The notes under the pieces were generated by a model that saw only the letters and a list, made by a program, of their open reading frames with translations, did no database searches and was not told where the DNA came from. DNA of 61,843 bases, filler included, from Sphacelaria rigidula (Eukaryota): the NCBI GenBank assembly GCA_964200075.2. It is 8 parts of 8 records of this genome, joined end to end, with 100 filler letters (N's around TTAATTAATTAA, not from the genome) between each part and the next. Parts side by side here need not be neighbours in the genome. Positions count along the whole stretch, not along the records: positions 7,745 to 15,388 come from CAXNAA020013960.1; positions 15,489 to 23,132 come from CAXNAA020013961.1; positions 23,233 to 30,875 come from CAXNAA020013962.1; 5 more parts are not named here. The stretch is one strand, 5' to 3'. The first letter of the stretch is position 1; each line of letters starts with the position of its first letter. Shown here in pieces: positions 12,990 to 24,075 of this stretch. The position numbers and the translations under genes were made by a program.

Positions 12990-15269
12990 TGTAACGAACT
13001 CACGCCGTTACGTTAAGTATATAGTGATATTATCGATGATGACTTGGGATCTGTAGTGATGATATGGATGATGACATGGACACAGGGGCGATACCCTGAT
13101 GTGGTTTATAGAGCCCTGGGTGGCACTCCAAGATGATAAAAGGTGTTGCGAGGACTAACAACTGAAACCTGAGGCCAGTGGAACTGGGGAGTCCCTCAAC
13201 AGCATCAGACGCTGCAGTTCTAGCAACCTGCTGGCGTCACAATATCGATATTAGTGATAGTCCTATTCGTGCTAGATGTGCTATCGTTAGTGACTGCTGG
13301 AAATGTTGCAGTAGAGACACTTTCTACGATAGCCCCCCCCACAAAAAAGTGCATGATTTCGGGAGCAAAATCTTCAAGTAAATCGAAAAGGGAAAAGTCG
13401 AGCACATCGAGAAGCTGGGAATTCCCACGCTTGGGTTCGTTCTAGCCGATGTGGCCAATATTAGGCGCTTCATGCAGCCTGAACCCGAACATCAGGCGCT
13501 GCGTGGCCATTTGTTTTCGTAACACTTTTAGCTGGTGTTTTTGGGGGGGCTATCGTAGAAAGTGTCTAGAGAGGAGTCTAGACAGCTTCGGGCATATTGC
13601 TTCACGGACGCGTGAGGAGGGTTCACGATGAGGTAGCTGCAAAGACGGCTGGCCCGTGATTGATCTAGACTAGAGACTTGCTAGAGCTGCGTGCAGTAGG
13701 AGCTTATAGGACCCCACGGCTGTGTGGTGCGGCGACGAAGGCAGGTGTGACCTGTGGAGTTCGAGAAGGTTCAGAAGCCTTCGATTAGGTCCGCTCGGAA
13801 AATGTGGACTGCGGAGATACCGACGGAAAAGCCAGTGGAGACGACCGTAACCCCAGTTGTTCTGAGAGAAGAGTTGCGGCCTCCCAGTTACGGAAATATG
13901 TATTCTGAGTGTGCTTCTCGTTCGTTTTATACGAAGTATGTGGAATACAAGAAGCGGGTGGAGCATGCGAATGCAGGGGGTATGGTGGGGCATCAGGTGG
14001 TTTCCATGGCGCAACTCGTGCCTACCCCCCTCCAACGCGTTTTTGCGAGAAGATTTCCATGAGAAGAACACAATGACGCCGCTGCAATTGGCTGCGGCGA
14101 TCAAGAAGCATGCAGGGCATGCGGCGGGCGCTGAGGTAGAGGTAACCGAGGCGTCCGCGGTCGTGGCGAAGGCTGTCGCCATGAACCACAAGGGAAATAC
14201 CATGCGTGAGAGGGTGGAGCCCATCATGGGAAAGTTGAAGACATATTCTTCGGAAAATCCCAACGTCGAGATGATTCATCGTTGCTCCGATGGAAAAATC
14301 CGTCCAGGGCCCGCTGGGGTGATCTCAAAAGCGATGGTGGAGGGTCTGGTACCGGCAGAATTCAAACAGGCCGTGCTTGTGCAATTACAGCACGAAACCA
14401 ATTGGAAGCCAGACCCGTATTTAGTTATGGATACCGTGGTGGCTGAGGCTCAGGCATGGCGGAAGATTGAAGTATTCGGGAATTCATCCACTTCGTCGTC
14501 GCAGTCTTCGAGCTCGCGTAACCGTGGACCAAAATCCGCAGGCAGTGCTGCCGCCAATATCACTTGCTTTTCAGCGTGGCCAGGTGGGCGACTACGCACG
14601 CAAGTGCCCAACGCCTTCCGAGGGGGAGTCTGGGCATACAAGTGCCGCGCGCCCTCGCAATCACAAAGGAGGAAAATGTAATCGGGATGGTGGCGGAGGC
14701 GGATCCTCCAGCGGTGGAGGTGTACAGCCGAGTTCCCGGTCCCGGCAGCAGCAGCAGCAGTAGCAGCAGCAGCAGGGGCAGTGGCGTCAGCAGGGGTCCG
14801 GGACTGGGTCCGGCTCAGCCGCAGGGGCTGCTGCCCCGCAACGGGCGGTGCAGGTGGGACCGACCACTCAAAAGTCGGGCTCGGTGCCAGCTCCGCCGGC
14901 AGTAGAGCAAGGCGAGATGCCTACTGCTGAGCCGGCCGGACTTCAGCTAAAATTTTCATCCGCTGCCGCATCGGCCGGAATACCGCTGCAATTTGGTTCG
15001 GTGGGCAGGGCTTCGTACCCGCCGGCGGTGCCGTTAACCCCAGTGGGGGCGTCTATGCTTGCGCCGCACGCGCAGCCGTGGCGCCAAGTGGGGATCACAA
15101 CAAATCACTCGGCGGAGGAGATGCTGGTCGAAGATCCAGAAAAATATATTCCTGCAGAGTTATATCTCCCAAATCAACGGGCGCGGGAAGCCATATCGGT
15201 CAACGCTACATTGGATTCAGGCGCCCATTTCACGAGCGTGTCGGTGCTGATTGTGGAAATGCTTGAGCG
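12990..15269 (+). mobile_element. Ty3/Gypsy-like LTR retrotransposon 5' fragment (possible LTR, gag, aspartic protease), frameshifted, with two MITE insertions
   Basis: Gag-like ORFs at 13754-14062 and 13911-14681. Degenerate zinc knuckle split by a frameshift (ITCF/QRGQVGDYARKCP). Protease motif VNATLDSGAHFTSVS at ~15200-15240. TGTAAC at 12990 is only a candidate LTR start. Confidence 0.7.
13316..13566. mobile_element. Complete 251-bp MITE with TIR GACACTTTCTACGATAGCCCCCCC and 4-bp TSD TAGA
   Basis: 24-bp perfect TIRs. TAGA at 13312-13315 and 13567-13570. Confidence 0.9.
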
Positions 15270-15388
15270 GATACTTTCTACGATAGCCCCCCCCAGAACC
15301 AGCCCAAAAGTGCCACGAAAACAAATGGCCATACAGCGCCTGATGTTTGGATTCAGGCTGCATGAAGCGCCTCATATTGGCGACATTG
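15270..15388. mobile_element. Second copy of the GAC-MITE (opposite orientation), inserted in the Gypsy protease and cut by the contig end
   Basis: GATACTTTCTACGATAGCCCCCCC...CAGCGCCTGATGTTTGGATTCAGGCTGCATGAAGCGCC is the reverse complement of ~13450-13566. Confidence 0.88.
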
Positions 15389-15969
15389 NNNNNNNNNNNN
15401 NNNNNNNNNNNNNNNNNNNNNNNNNNNNNNNNTTAATTAATTAANNNNNNNNNNNNNNNNNNNNNNNNNNNNNNNNNNNNNNNNNNNNGGCGGGAGTGCA
15501 TAATGTGACAAAATTCGAAAGCAACTGCAAAAAGACGTAGTTTCAGATTCAGAGTCAGATCCGAAACAATTGGCTTGCCCGTCGATTTTGACATCGCCAC
15601 AGCTCGAGGAGTAATGCGCCCAGGTGGTGAAGCGGTGGCTTCAATGGAAGCTGTCACCTACACGATCAATTTGACACATCACTTGATCGCAACAACGCAG
15701 TCAGTCCATCGCAACAAAAGATTCCCTCTTTCAGGAAAACCCGAGTAGTGCCTAACACATGTTTCAGTTCCGAAATGTCCCCCCAGGCGTAAAAATGCTT
15801 TGTGCGGTATCTCACGAACCAGACCGCCGAATTCCTCGAATGGGGTACTTTACGGTAGCTGCATGCACAGGACGCGTGCTGAAGCAAAAAAACAGAAAAT
15901 GTTGCCGGTTAGGAACGCGAGAGCATCCACTCTGAATCTGGAATTACGTTCTGAATCTCACGAATATGG

Positions 15970-17375
15970 TGTTCTGTGTGACATTATGGAAATGATCGAA
16001 GACACCAATTTTGACGAGAGCATGGTGTGGATAAAGGTACCAGGAGAGCAGGGAACGACGGACTTCTTCGTAGTAGGGAACATCTATATGCCCCCAGAAT
16101 CGAAGAGTATAGGGTGAACGATATACAGCGGAGGTTTGAAGAGACAGCAGCAGATGTACATGAGCAAAAAAGACAAGGAGAAGTCGTGTTAGTGGGAGAC
16201 TTCAATGCAAGGGTTGGCGAAGCAGGTCAACCGGATGATATCATTGATTGGGCAATTGTTGTTGTTGTCTTCACATTAAAAGCCGTTCCGATATCTGCGC
16301 GGTACATTGGTACTGGGCAATACGGGAAAGATATGAAGAACACGAACGGGGTAGACATGCTGAAGTTCCTTGAGAATAACGACATGAAGACGCTGAACGA
16401 TAGAGCGCAAAAGCCAGAGGTGCAATGGACAAGGACTCGAAAATGCAAAGACGAAGGAAAACGCTCCGTTATTGACTATATAGTGGTGGAGCGTTGAAAT
16501 GGTGAAGAAACGGAAGTACATGTATGCGCGGAGGACGTGAGAACTACAGACCATTGCCTAATTTGGACAGAACGCCGACAGACGAGAGCTAGACGAAATA
16601 GGCGGGGTACGAAGATGTACAAATGGAACATCGATAAGATAGAAATGGATGAAAAACAGCAGGAGTTCCAAGAAGGGATGGCCAAAAGTGTAGTGGTATT
16701 TTCCGAGCTGTTGGGGCGCGTAGGTATAGTTGATACCGAAATGGAAAGGGATCGAGCAAGAGCGAATATTATAGGAGGATGGGAGCAGTTGGTCAAGAAC
16801 ACAGCGAGTAAAGTCAAAGGGGAGAAACTGATAGTATGCAACAGAGCAGTAAATGGTGAGATGAGGCAGTAAAAGAGGCTATAAAGGTAAGGAAAGAGGC
16901 TCACGCAAGATGCATATCGAGTAAAACTACGGTAGGCTGGGAGCATTATACTAAAGCTTGAAAGGAAGTACAAAATATGGTAGAGAAGAGAAAGAAGGGG
17001 GTATGGGAAGACGTAGGAATGAAGACGACAAATGAAGATTTCGATGGCGGGATGAAACAAATGTGGGTAGGAATAAAAGGGATCATGGGAAGCTAGGCAG
17101 GAAAGATTGACAAGGGGATAGCCACACTACGGGCACAGAACGGTATAATGGTCAGCATGTCGAAGGGAAAGGTAGATATGCTAGTCGAGCACTACCGTAA
17201 ACGAGAAACACCACAACCTTATACGACCTTCGACACGGAATTCGAAATAGAACTCAACGCGTGGTCAGAGGCAAGTGTAGAGACGTCAAAACGGGAGGGT
17301 GGTGGCTCGAACGAAGAGAAAACTTAGCAGAGACAAAGAAAAAGAGTGTGTAGCTAATCTCGAGAAGAAGAAGCA
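15970..17375 (+). pseudogene. Degraded non-LTR retrotransposon (LINE) ORF2: AP-endonuclease domain and linker; no RT domain present
   Basis: APE motifs VGNIYMPP, VVLVGDFNARVG, SVIDYIVV and TTDHCLIW across frameshifted ORFs 15800-16117, 16027-16497 and 16537-16872. Many stops downstream. Confidence 0.88.
16257..16313 (-). mobile_element. 57-bp 5'-truncated retroposon insertion with a (CAA)n tail and 8-bp TSD TGGGCAAT
   Basis: TSD at 16249-16256 and 16314-16321. The minus strand ends ...TTAATGTGAAGACAACAACAACA. It interrupts the DDII-GQYG stretch of the LINE endonuclease. Confidence 0.75.
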
Positions 17376-17958
17376 GGGGAACACGTGCGTACCTACTAGA
17401 ACTCACGCTCGCGTGAAGTAAAGGGGATACCCATGTACGCGTGCTTCACTTCGTATTGAGGGAAAGTGGGGAGCGTGTGCTTATGATCTATGCTGCACGA
17501 CTGCAAGGTGGAAAACAGATACATGGGATTTATGCTGCATAAATGAAAGGGGAGAAATACAATATGTTCCAATGATTCACGCCGGAGGAATAAGATGTTT
17601 TGTAGTATTGTTGTATATTGCCCGCTTCACAGATTGCACGGTACTACATTATGTTATGCTGAACGGCACAGCACTGTACTGTACTGTCCGCTGACTGCAG
17701 TGAGCATTGCCGGGGTGTTTCCGAAACCTCGCGAGAACATGTGGGGGCGCCTCTTGCAGTACTGGTGCTGTGCCTGAAGCTGTATTTGTACTGTTCTATG
17801 TATTCGAGCCAACTGAACCGCAGAACAAAACATGACATCGCAGAAAGGTCGTCAATGACAGCCTAGCTCGGGAAGATAGACAGCTAGAAGAATCGCTTTA
17901 TGCACGCAGATGCGTGCTGTGCTATATTGCTCCGTGCCGTCTGCGGGTTGCAGTGTAC

Positions 17959-19975
17959 CCTTGCTTCCCAGTGCGTTCGCGTGTTCCCTGCAAGCTTCCT
18001 TGTGAGTGGGCTGCTCGCGGCCATCGGCCTACTTGCTTCCTAGCACATCCACGCGTTGCCTTCTTTCTTCCTTCACACTGGAATGCTCGCCACCCTCGGC
18101 CCACTTGCTTCCCAGTGCGTTCACGTGTTGCCTTCTTTCTTCCTTCACACTGGAATGCTCGCCACCCTCGGCCTACTGGCTCCCCAGCACATCCTCATGT
18201 TCCCTTCTTTCTTCGTCACCACTGGAATGCTCGCGGCCATCGGTCTACTTGCTTCCCAGTGCGTTCACGCGTTCCCTGCAAGCTTTTTGTGATTGGGCTG
18301 CTCGCCGCCCTCGGCCTACTTGCTTCCCAGTGCGTTCACGCGTTCCCTGCAAGCTTCCTCATCACTGGAATGCTCGCGACCATCGGCCTAGTTGCTTCCC
18401 AGTGCGTTCACGCGTTCCCTGTAAGATTCCTTACCACTGGAATGCTCGCGGCCATCGGCCTAGTTGCTTCCCAGTGCGTTCACGCGTTCCCTGTAGGCTT
18501 TCTTGTGACTGAAATGCTCGCGGCCATCGGCCCACTCGCTTCCCAGTGCGTCCACGTGTTCCCTGTAAGGTTTCTTCACACTGGAATGCTAGTCGCCCTC
18601 GGCCTACTTGCTTCCCAGCACATCCACGCGTGCCCTGTTAACTTCCTTGTGACTGGGCTGCTCGCCGCCCTCGGCTTACTTGCTTCCCAGTGCGTTCACG
18701 CGTTCCCTGCAAGCTTCCTTGTGACTGAGCTGCCTGCGGCCTGCGGCCTACTTGCTTCCCAGTGCGTTCACGTGTTCCCTGTAAGATTCCTTACCACTGG
18801 AATGCTCGCGGCCATCGGCCTACTTGCTTCCCAGTGCGCTCACGCGTTCCCTGCAAGCTTCCTTGTGACTGGGCTGCTCGCGGCCATCGGCCTACTTGCT
18901 TCCCAGTGCATTCACGCGTTCCCTGTTAACTTCCTTGTGACTGGGCTACTCGTCGCCATCGGTCTACTTGCTTCCCAGTGCGTTCACGCATTCCCTGTTA
19001 AGTTCCTTGTGACTGGGCTGCTCGCCGCCCTCGGCCTACTTGCTTCCAAGTGCGTTCACGCGTTCCCTGTAAGCTTCCTTGTGACTGAGCTGCCTGCGGC
19101 CATCGGTCTACTTGCTTTCCAGGGCGTTCACGCGTTCCCTGTAAGCTTCCTCACCACTGGAATGCTCGCGGCCATCGGCCTACTTGCTTCCCAGTGCGTC
19201 CACGCGTTCCCTATAAGCTTTCTTCACACTGGAATGCTAGTCGCCCTCGGTCTACTTGCTTCCCAGTGCGTTCACGTGTTCCCTGTAAGCTTCCTTGTGA
19301 CTGGGCTGCTCGCCGCCCTCGGCCTACTTGCTTCCCAGTGCGTTCACGCGTTCCCTGCAAGCTTCCTTGTGACTGAGCTGACTGCGGCCATCGACCTAGT
19401 TGCTCCCCAGGGCGTTCACGCGTTCCCTGTAAGCTTCCTTACCACTGGAATGCTCGCGGCCATCGGCCTACTTGCTTCCCAGTGCGTTCACGCGTTCCCT
19501 GCAAGCTTCCTTGTGACTGAAAAGCTCGTCGCCATCGGCCTACTTGCTTCCCAGTGCGTTCACGTATTCCCTGTAAGCTTCATTGTAACTGGGCTGCTCG
19601 TCGCCATCGGTCTACTTGCTTCCCAGTGCGTTCACGCGTTCCCTGTTAACTTCCTTGTGACTGGGCTGCTCGTCGCCATCGGTCTAATTGTTTCCAAGTG
19701 CGTTCACGCGTTCCCTATAAGCTTCCTTACCACTGGAATGCTCGCGGCCATCGGTCTACTTGCTTCCCAGTGCGTTCACGCGTTCCCTGTAAGCTTCCTG
19801 ACCACTGGAATGCTCGCGGCCATCGGCCTACTTGCTTCCCAGTGCGTTCACGTATTCCCTGCAAGCTTCCTTGTGACTGGGCTGCTCGCGGCCATCGGCC
19901 TACTTGCTTCCCAGCACATCCACGCGTTCCCTTCTTTCTTCCTTACCACTGGAGTGCTAGCGACCCCTGAGCTAC
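17959..19975. repeat. Minisatellite array of ~28 copies of a 72-bp unit (CTTGCTTCCCAGTGCGTTCACGCGTTCCCTGTAAGCTTCCTTGTGACTGGGCTGCTCGCGGCCATCGGCCTA)
   Basis: 72-bp period seen directly (17960, 18032, 18104...), with a 24-aa period in the 17914-19989 ORF. Confidence 0.97.
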
Positions 19976-20033
19976 CTGCTCCTCAGTAGCTGGCGCACGT
20001 TGTTGATTTTGTCCTCGATGCCTTCGGCGAGAT
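19972..20033 (-). CDS. Probable terminal exon of the protein kinase-like gene: (D)LAEGIEDKINNVRQLLRSR*
   Basis: CTGAC branch-like motif and CACACGCAG acceptor at 20036-20034. Its phase completes the G|AT codon left by the exon ending at 21593. TAG stop at 19974-19972. Confidence 0.55.
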
Positions 20034-20781
20034 CTGCGTGTGGATCAATCATCCGGTCAGTAGAAGCGGAAAAACAGCAACATTTGGCTTTGACTCGTGA
20101 GCTGTTTGCAATATTGTGTGTCTTTTGCGCCTTGTGCTTTCTCGTGCGGTACCCGAGCGAACCGAACACCGCTGACCAACACCCCATAAACTCCGAAGAC
20201 ACGCGGCATTTCTGACTGTTGGCACGTGGGTATGTCAAGGAGGGGAAATGCGAGACCTGGATGGTCCACCGGGTGACCTCTGTTGAGATGTCACAGATAC
20301 CATTGAGCTAAACAGTCAGCGCTAGCTGTTTTGCTCTGTATTGATAGTATCTGTGACAGTTTGACAGCCTACTACCGTACATGATGGTATTGGGTAATTT
20401 TCAGTGTACGATCCTGTATGGTCCGTCAAACAAAAAGGTGAAGGGTGACGGAGGGAGAATAGGAGTGTCACAGAAGTGTCGTTCATGCATAGATGATGCT
20501 CGAGCATGCCCAGTATGACTTGCTTGGTAAGCTTCTAGAACGGCAGCGCTGTGGGGTGCGGTATAGCATTAGTGGCGACGACACAGAGCGGTAATGGTTT
20601 CCGGGAGTATAGAATAACACGACTGTTATGTTGTCCGTGCTAGAGTACAGATACCACCCCCTATCGTTCAGCAAGTAAGTCATATGATGGTAGACTCAGG
20701 AAGTGTGATTAGGGTTGGCGATTCGAACTTCTGCCGAAACATTCCCATCATGTTTTCTGTCCCAGACTAGAGAAAAAATTG

Positions 20782-21061
20782 CACACGTCGGACGACGCAA
20801 CTCAGGTTGACACGAGTCAACTCTTTTCTGCATAAATCACCTGTGAGGAGTAGCAACAGCATTCAGCGGTGCACATTCTGGCGGTATGCGTCACAGAAGA
20901 TACCTCAGCGGTGCGCATTCTGGCCGCGAGAGTTAGAAGAGATGACTCAGCAGTGCACACTCTGACAGGGTGAGTTTCAAGACGATAACTCAGCGATGCA
21001 TATTCTCGGCCGGTGAGTTATACAGCATGACTGAGTTAGCTCATGAGTTTTCTGACGTGTG
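20782..21061. mobile_element. ~280-bp CAC-ended non-autonomous element with four internal 42-43-bp repeats
   Basis: Termini CACACGTCGGA...TCTGACGTGTG. TCAGCRRTGCRCATTCT-like units at 20863, 20905, 20947 and 20990. No clear TSD. Confidence 0.55.
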
Positions 21062-21592
21062 GAGATTTAACGGTGCTGAATGTTGAAAACGTCAGATAAC
21101 GACTGATGTGCAAAGATCGTGTCCTTTTTGTTCACAATGGTACTCTCCTGGAGGTCAGACGCATTTTAGGCAGTATTTGTACAAATGTTGTTTTCCTTAC
21201 AATGTCTTTCCCTTGTTTCAAAAACCCAAACAACCCAAACAAGCCATCCAAAGCCGTATGGGCCTAGCTCGCTATCTGTTTTCACCACACAAGGATAAAA
21301 CTGCAGAATAAGAAGACATGAAAACATCACCTGTATATGGTTAACGTCGGACAAAACCAAACCAAAAGGCGTCGTTCAGCCTTCAAGATTGTGTTTTCGG
21401 GTATTAGGTGCGAAGTATGTTCCGTAATAATATTGCCGACGTGACATTTCGCTGCGGGCCATATTTGTTCCCCCCACCCTGACAATACTTGGGCAGGTTA
21501 ATCGGCAACAGCGATCGCGTCAACCGGCCACCTGTTGGCTGAATGGTGTTATTCATGGTGTCTGTGGAATCTGTGGTCGCATAGTAGGTCAC

Positions 21593-21719
21593 CTGACACG
21601 GAGTTGTCGGAGGCTACTGGAGCCCACAGATCCTCGCTCATGCAGAGTGTCTCCAAGCTGTCGAGCTTCATGCGCTTGGACGGGTCGATACTCAAGAGGC
21701 TCTCGAGGATAACCTTCAC
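21593..21719 (-). CDS. Protein kinase exon, subdomain XI: VKVILESLLSIDPSKRMKLDSLETLCMSEDLWAPVASDNSVS
   Basis: LL..DP.KR motif, CATCAG acceptor and G|GTGACC donor. Confidence 0.72.
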
Positions 21720-22541
21720 CTGATGTTTGATGCGTATTGGCCACATGAACCAAAGCGAGGGAACGCCTGACTTTCTCACTTCCCGTGGCTGCTACACTAT
21801 GCATTCATTTATCTTCGCTGCGCAAGGTTTTGCATACCATTGTGCAGCTACCGAGCCATGACGTCGTAGCACGCGTGTGCCAATCGATGACTACTTCGGG
21901 TTGCGCCGGGGTGGACAGAGTATGCTGGACACAGACCAATCCAGGCATCGTCGTTGGATGCTCACTCATTTGCGTATGCGTCTTGAACATTCAATGAACA
22001 CACCACCTTGTTGGTACTACTCGTCGTACAATCTCGCTTGGAGATGAGAACTTCGTGGGCACGATCTGTACAGAAACGCCCCTGGGAAACACTTCCGGAT
22101 CCGTTCTACGTTATCGAAAATCAGTACTTCGAATGAGTGCAGCCAGGGTTCACCTCGTCTTCACGGTGAAGGGTTCGTTGACTCAACTGCCTTTGCAGGA
22201 GCGTTGTGGAGCTCTGCTGGCGGCATCCCATCGTTCTTGTATCCTAGAGGAACAACGACATCGCAAGGGATAGCAGGTTACATGTACAAAACATGGCCAA
22301 AAAATGATACATTAGCCCACTTGCTACGTGTCAACAAAAACATTTCATCTTGTTGAAAACTTCGCTTTTGGCCCATGTCCATCGATATACGCCCGAAACG
22401 AGGGCTAGGCGGATGTTGACGCCATGAGATGGGTTGCTCTCCTCATTGAGACCAGGTTTTCCCCCCAAACTTGCGATTTCAATAATGAACGGTCAACGGA
22501 TGATCACAAGTACTCAAACACCACTGCTGCGCTGAACTCAC

Positions 22542-22805
22542 CAACGTTGCAGGCACATGCGTCCCCGCGATCAGCTGAAGCAGCACCAAGCCGACGGCAT
22601 ACTTATCCATCGCCGCCGAGATTTTGACGGTCTGAAGCCCCAAAGCCGCTTCTGGCGCAAAATATGCATACGTTCCACAGCTTACGACGTCCTCATCCAT
22701 TACTTCAACATGGCACCACACCAGGGGCGATTCAAGATAAGGAAGCGGGGGCGTGGGGGCGTGGAGGCGTGGGAGTCAAATTTCCCAACAAGCAGGTTTT
22801 GCACC
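22542..22805 (-). pseudogene. Protein kinase exon, subdomains VIb-IX, apparently frameshifted at the DFG position
   Basis: QNLLVG in one frame, then CGTYAYFAPE...AAMDKYAVGLVLLQLIAG in another. TTG|GTGAGT donor. No DFG/DLG motif, and no HRD exon is visible in the contig. Confidence 0.72.
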
Positions 22806-23958
22806 AATTCTCGAGGGGAGTACGTCGACACTGAATCAAGTCTTTCGGAGGGGCGGGAGGACGGAGGGTGGTGGCCTTGCAAGCAATCTTACGTACAGCA
22901 AAATAAACGTCATAACCCTTAATTATGGATACAATGTGCAGTATGTCTTCTACAATCCAACAACATCAGGCTGAAGTCCCTGGAACCCGCCGACTCGTGG
23001 CGGTGTATCACGCAAAACACGTGACCAGTTTTGTAAATTGGCTTAGTGGCGAATTATCATCAATGGTGTCGGACTTCAGAACCAAACGCCTGCTTCACGG
23101 TACATTAACTAAGTGAGTCGTAGCTTGTTCGTNNNNNNNNNNNNNNNNNNNNNNNNNNNNNNNNNNNNNNNNNNNNTTAATTAATTAANNNNNNNNNNNN
23201 NNNNNNNNNNNNNNNNNNNNNNNNNNNNNNNNGCCCTTGAGGCATAACGAATCTTCAAGGAAGTGATCCGGAGCCTTCATTACATCCGCGTCGATTGCAC
23301 CGGCGAAATTCAACCGGGCAACATAATCGTAAACGCTTGGAAGGAGATCTTACGAAAAAGCAAGAAGAGGATCAGACAGCGACGACGACGGCTTTACTAT
23401 GTCATTATCGCCCTGAAGCGTAACAAGTCTTCAACGAAGTGAAGGTCAGCATGAACCCAGCAAAGCAGCAATTAGCCTGTTCGCCGATAATGCGAGAAGC
23501 ATCTACGCTATCTACGCGATTGCTTTTCAGAGGATTCTTTTGTCTTCTTCTAAAGTAAGCCTGACTTAAATGCAGCGGATGCTGTTTTGAGCACTTGCGT
23601 GACAACCTGCCGCATGATTCGACTGCATGAGCACGGTATGCGTGTTATCCATATTTCATGCTCGGGGGTGCGAATATTGGCACTCGGATGTGCGCGAGCA
23701 CAAGAGTGCTCGAGTGCTCATGGATTGGCATCTTTCACCTCGGGACCTTCACCACCGATTCGCGACATTCGTGCTAATGTTGCCGAGACCAGCACAGCAG
23801 AGGATCAAAGAACAGTATAGCACTATCACGGCAAGCCCGCCAAGTGATGCATGAATTCCAGTGCATATACGCTGTGTATCACGGTGTGAAGACTGTGTTG
23901 TGTGTGTTGTGTTGTCGTCCCATCTATTCTGGGCGCCAGTCTGCACCTTTCGGTACAT

Positions 23959-24075
23959 GTAGGCGCATCAGCCGGGGTCACACATGAGGAAGTTCAACAC
24001 GGGAGTTTTTTCTTTCTTGTTTGTCTTTAGTACCCCACCGTCCTTCTGCGGTGCTTGCCTTTATTTTTTATCGAA
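23959..24075 (+). repeat. Dispersed repeat, probably a retroposon 3' region; second copy at ~59576-59760
   Basis: GTAGGCGCATC(A/G)GCCGGGGTCACACA...TTCTGCGGTGCTTGCCTTT.....TTTATCG is shared between contigs 4 and 8. Confidence 0.7.

Noticed and set aside
12326..13016. 225-aa and 89-aa ORFs rich in RY/IP
   Set aside because: Translation by-products of the GGTATC tandem repeat.
17914..19989. 691-aa ORF as a leucine-rich-repeat protein, since the period is 24 aa
   Set aside because: No frame shows the LxxLxLxxNxL consensus, and the ORF switches repeat frame near 18285.
20863..21030. CRISPR-like repeat/spacer pattern
   Set aside because: The apparent spacers are homologous to each other (GAGTT...GA(T)RAC), the repeats are degenerate, there are no cas genes, and the context is eukaryotic.
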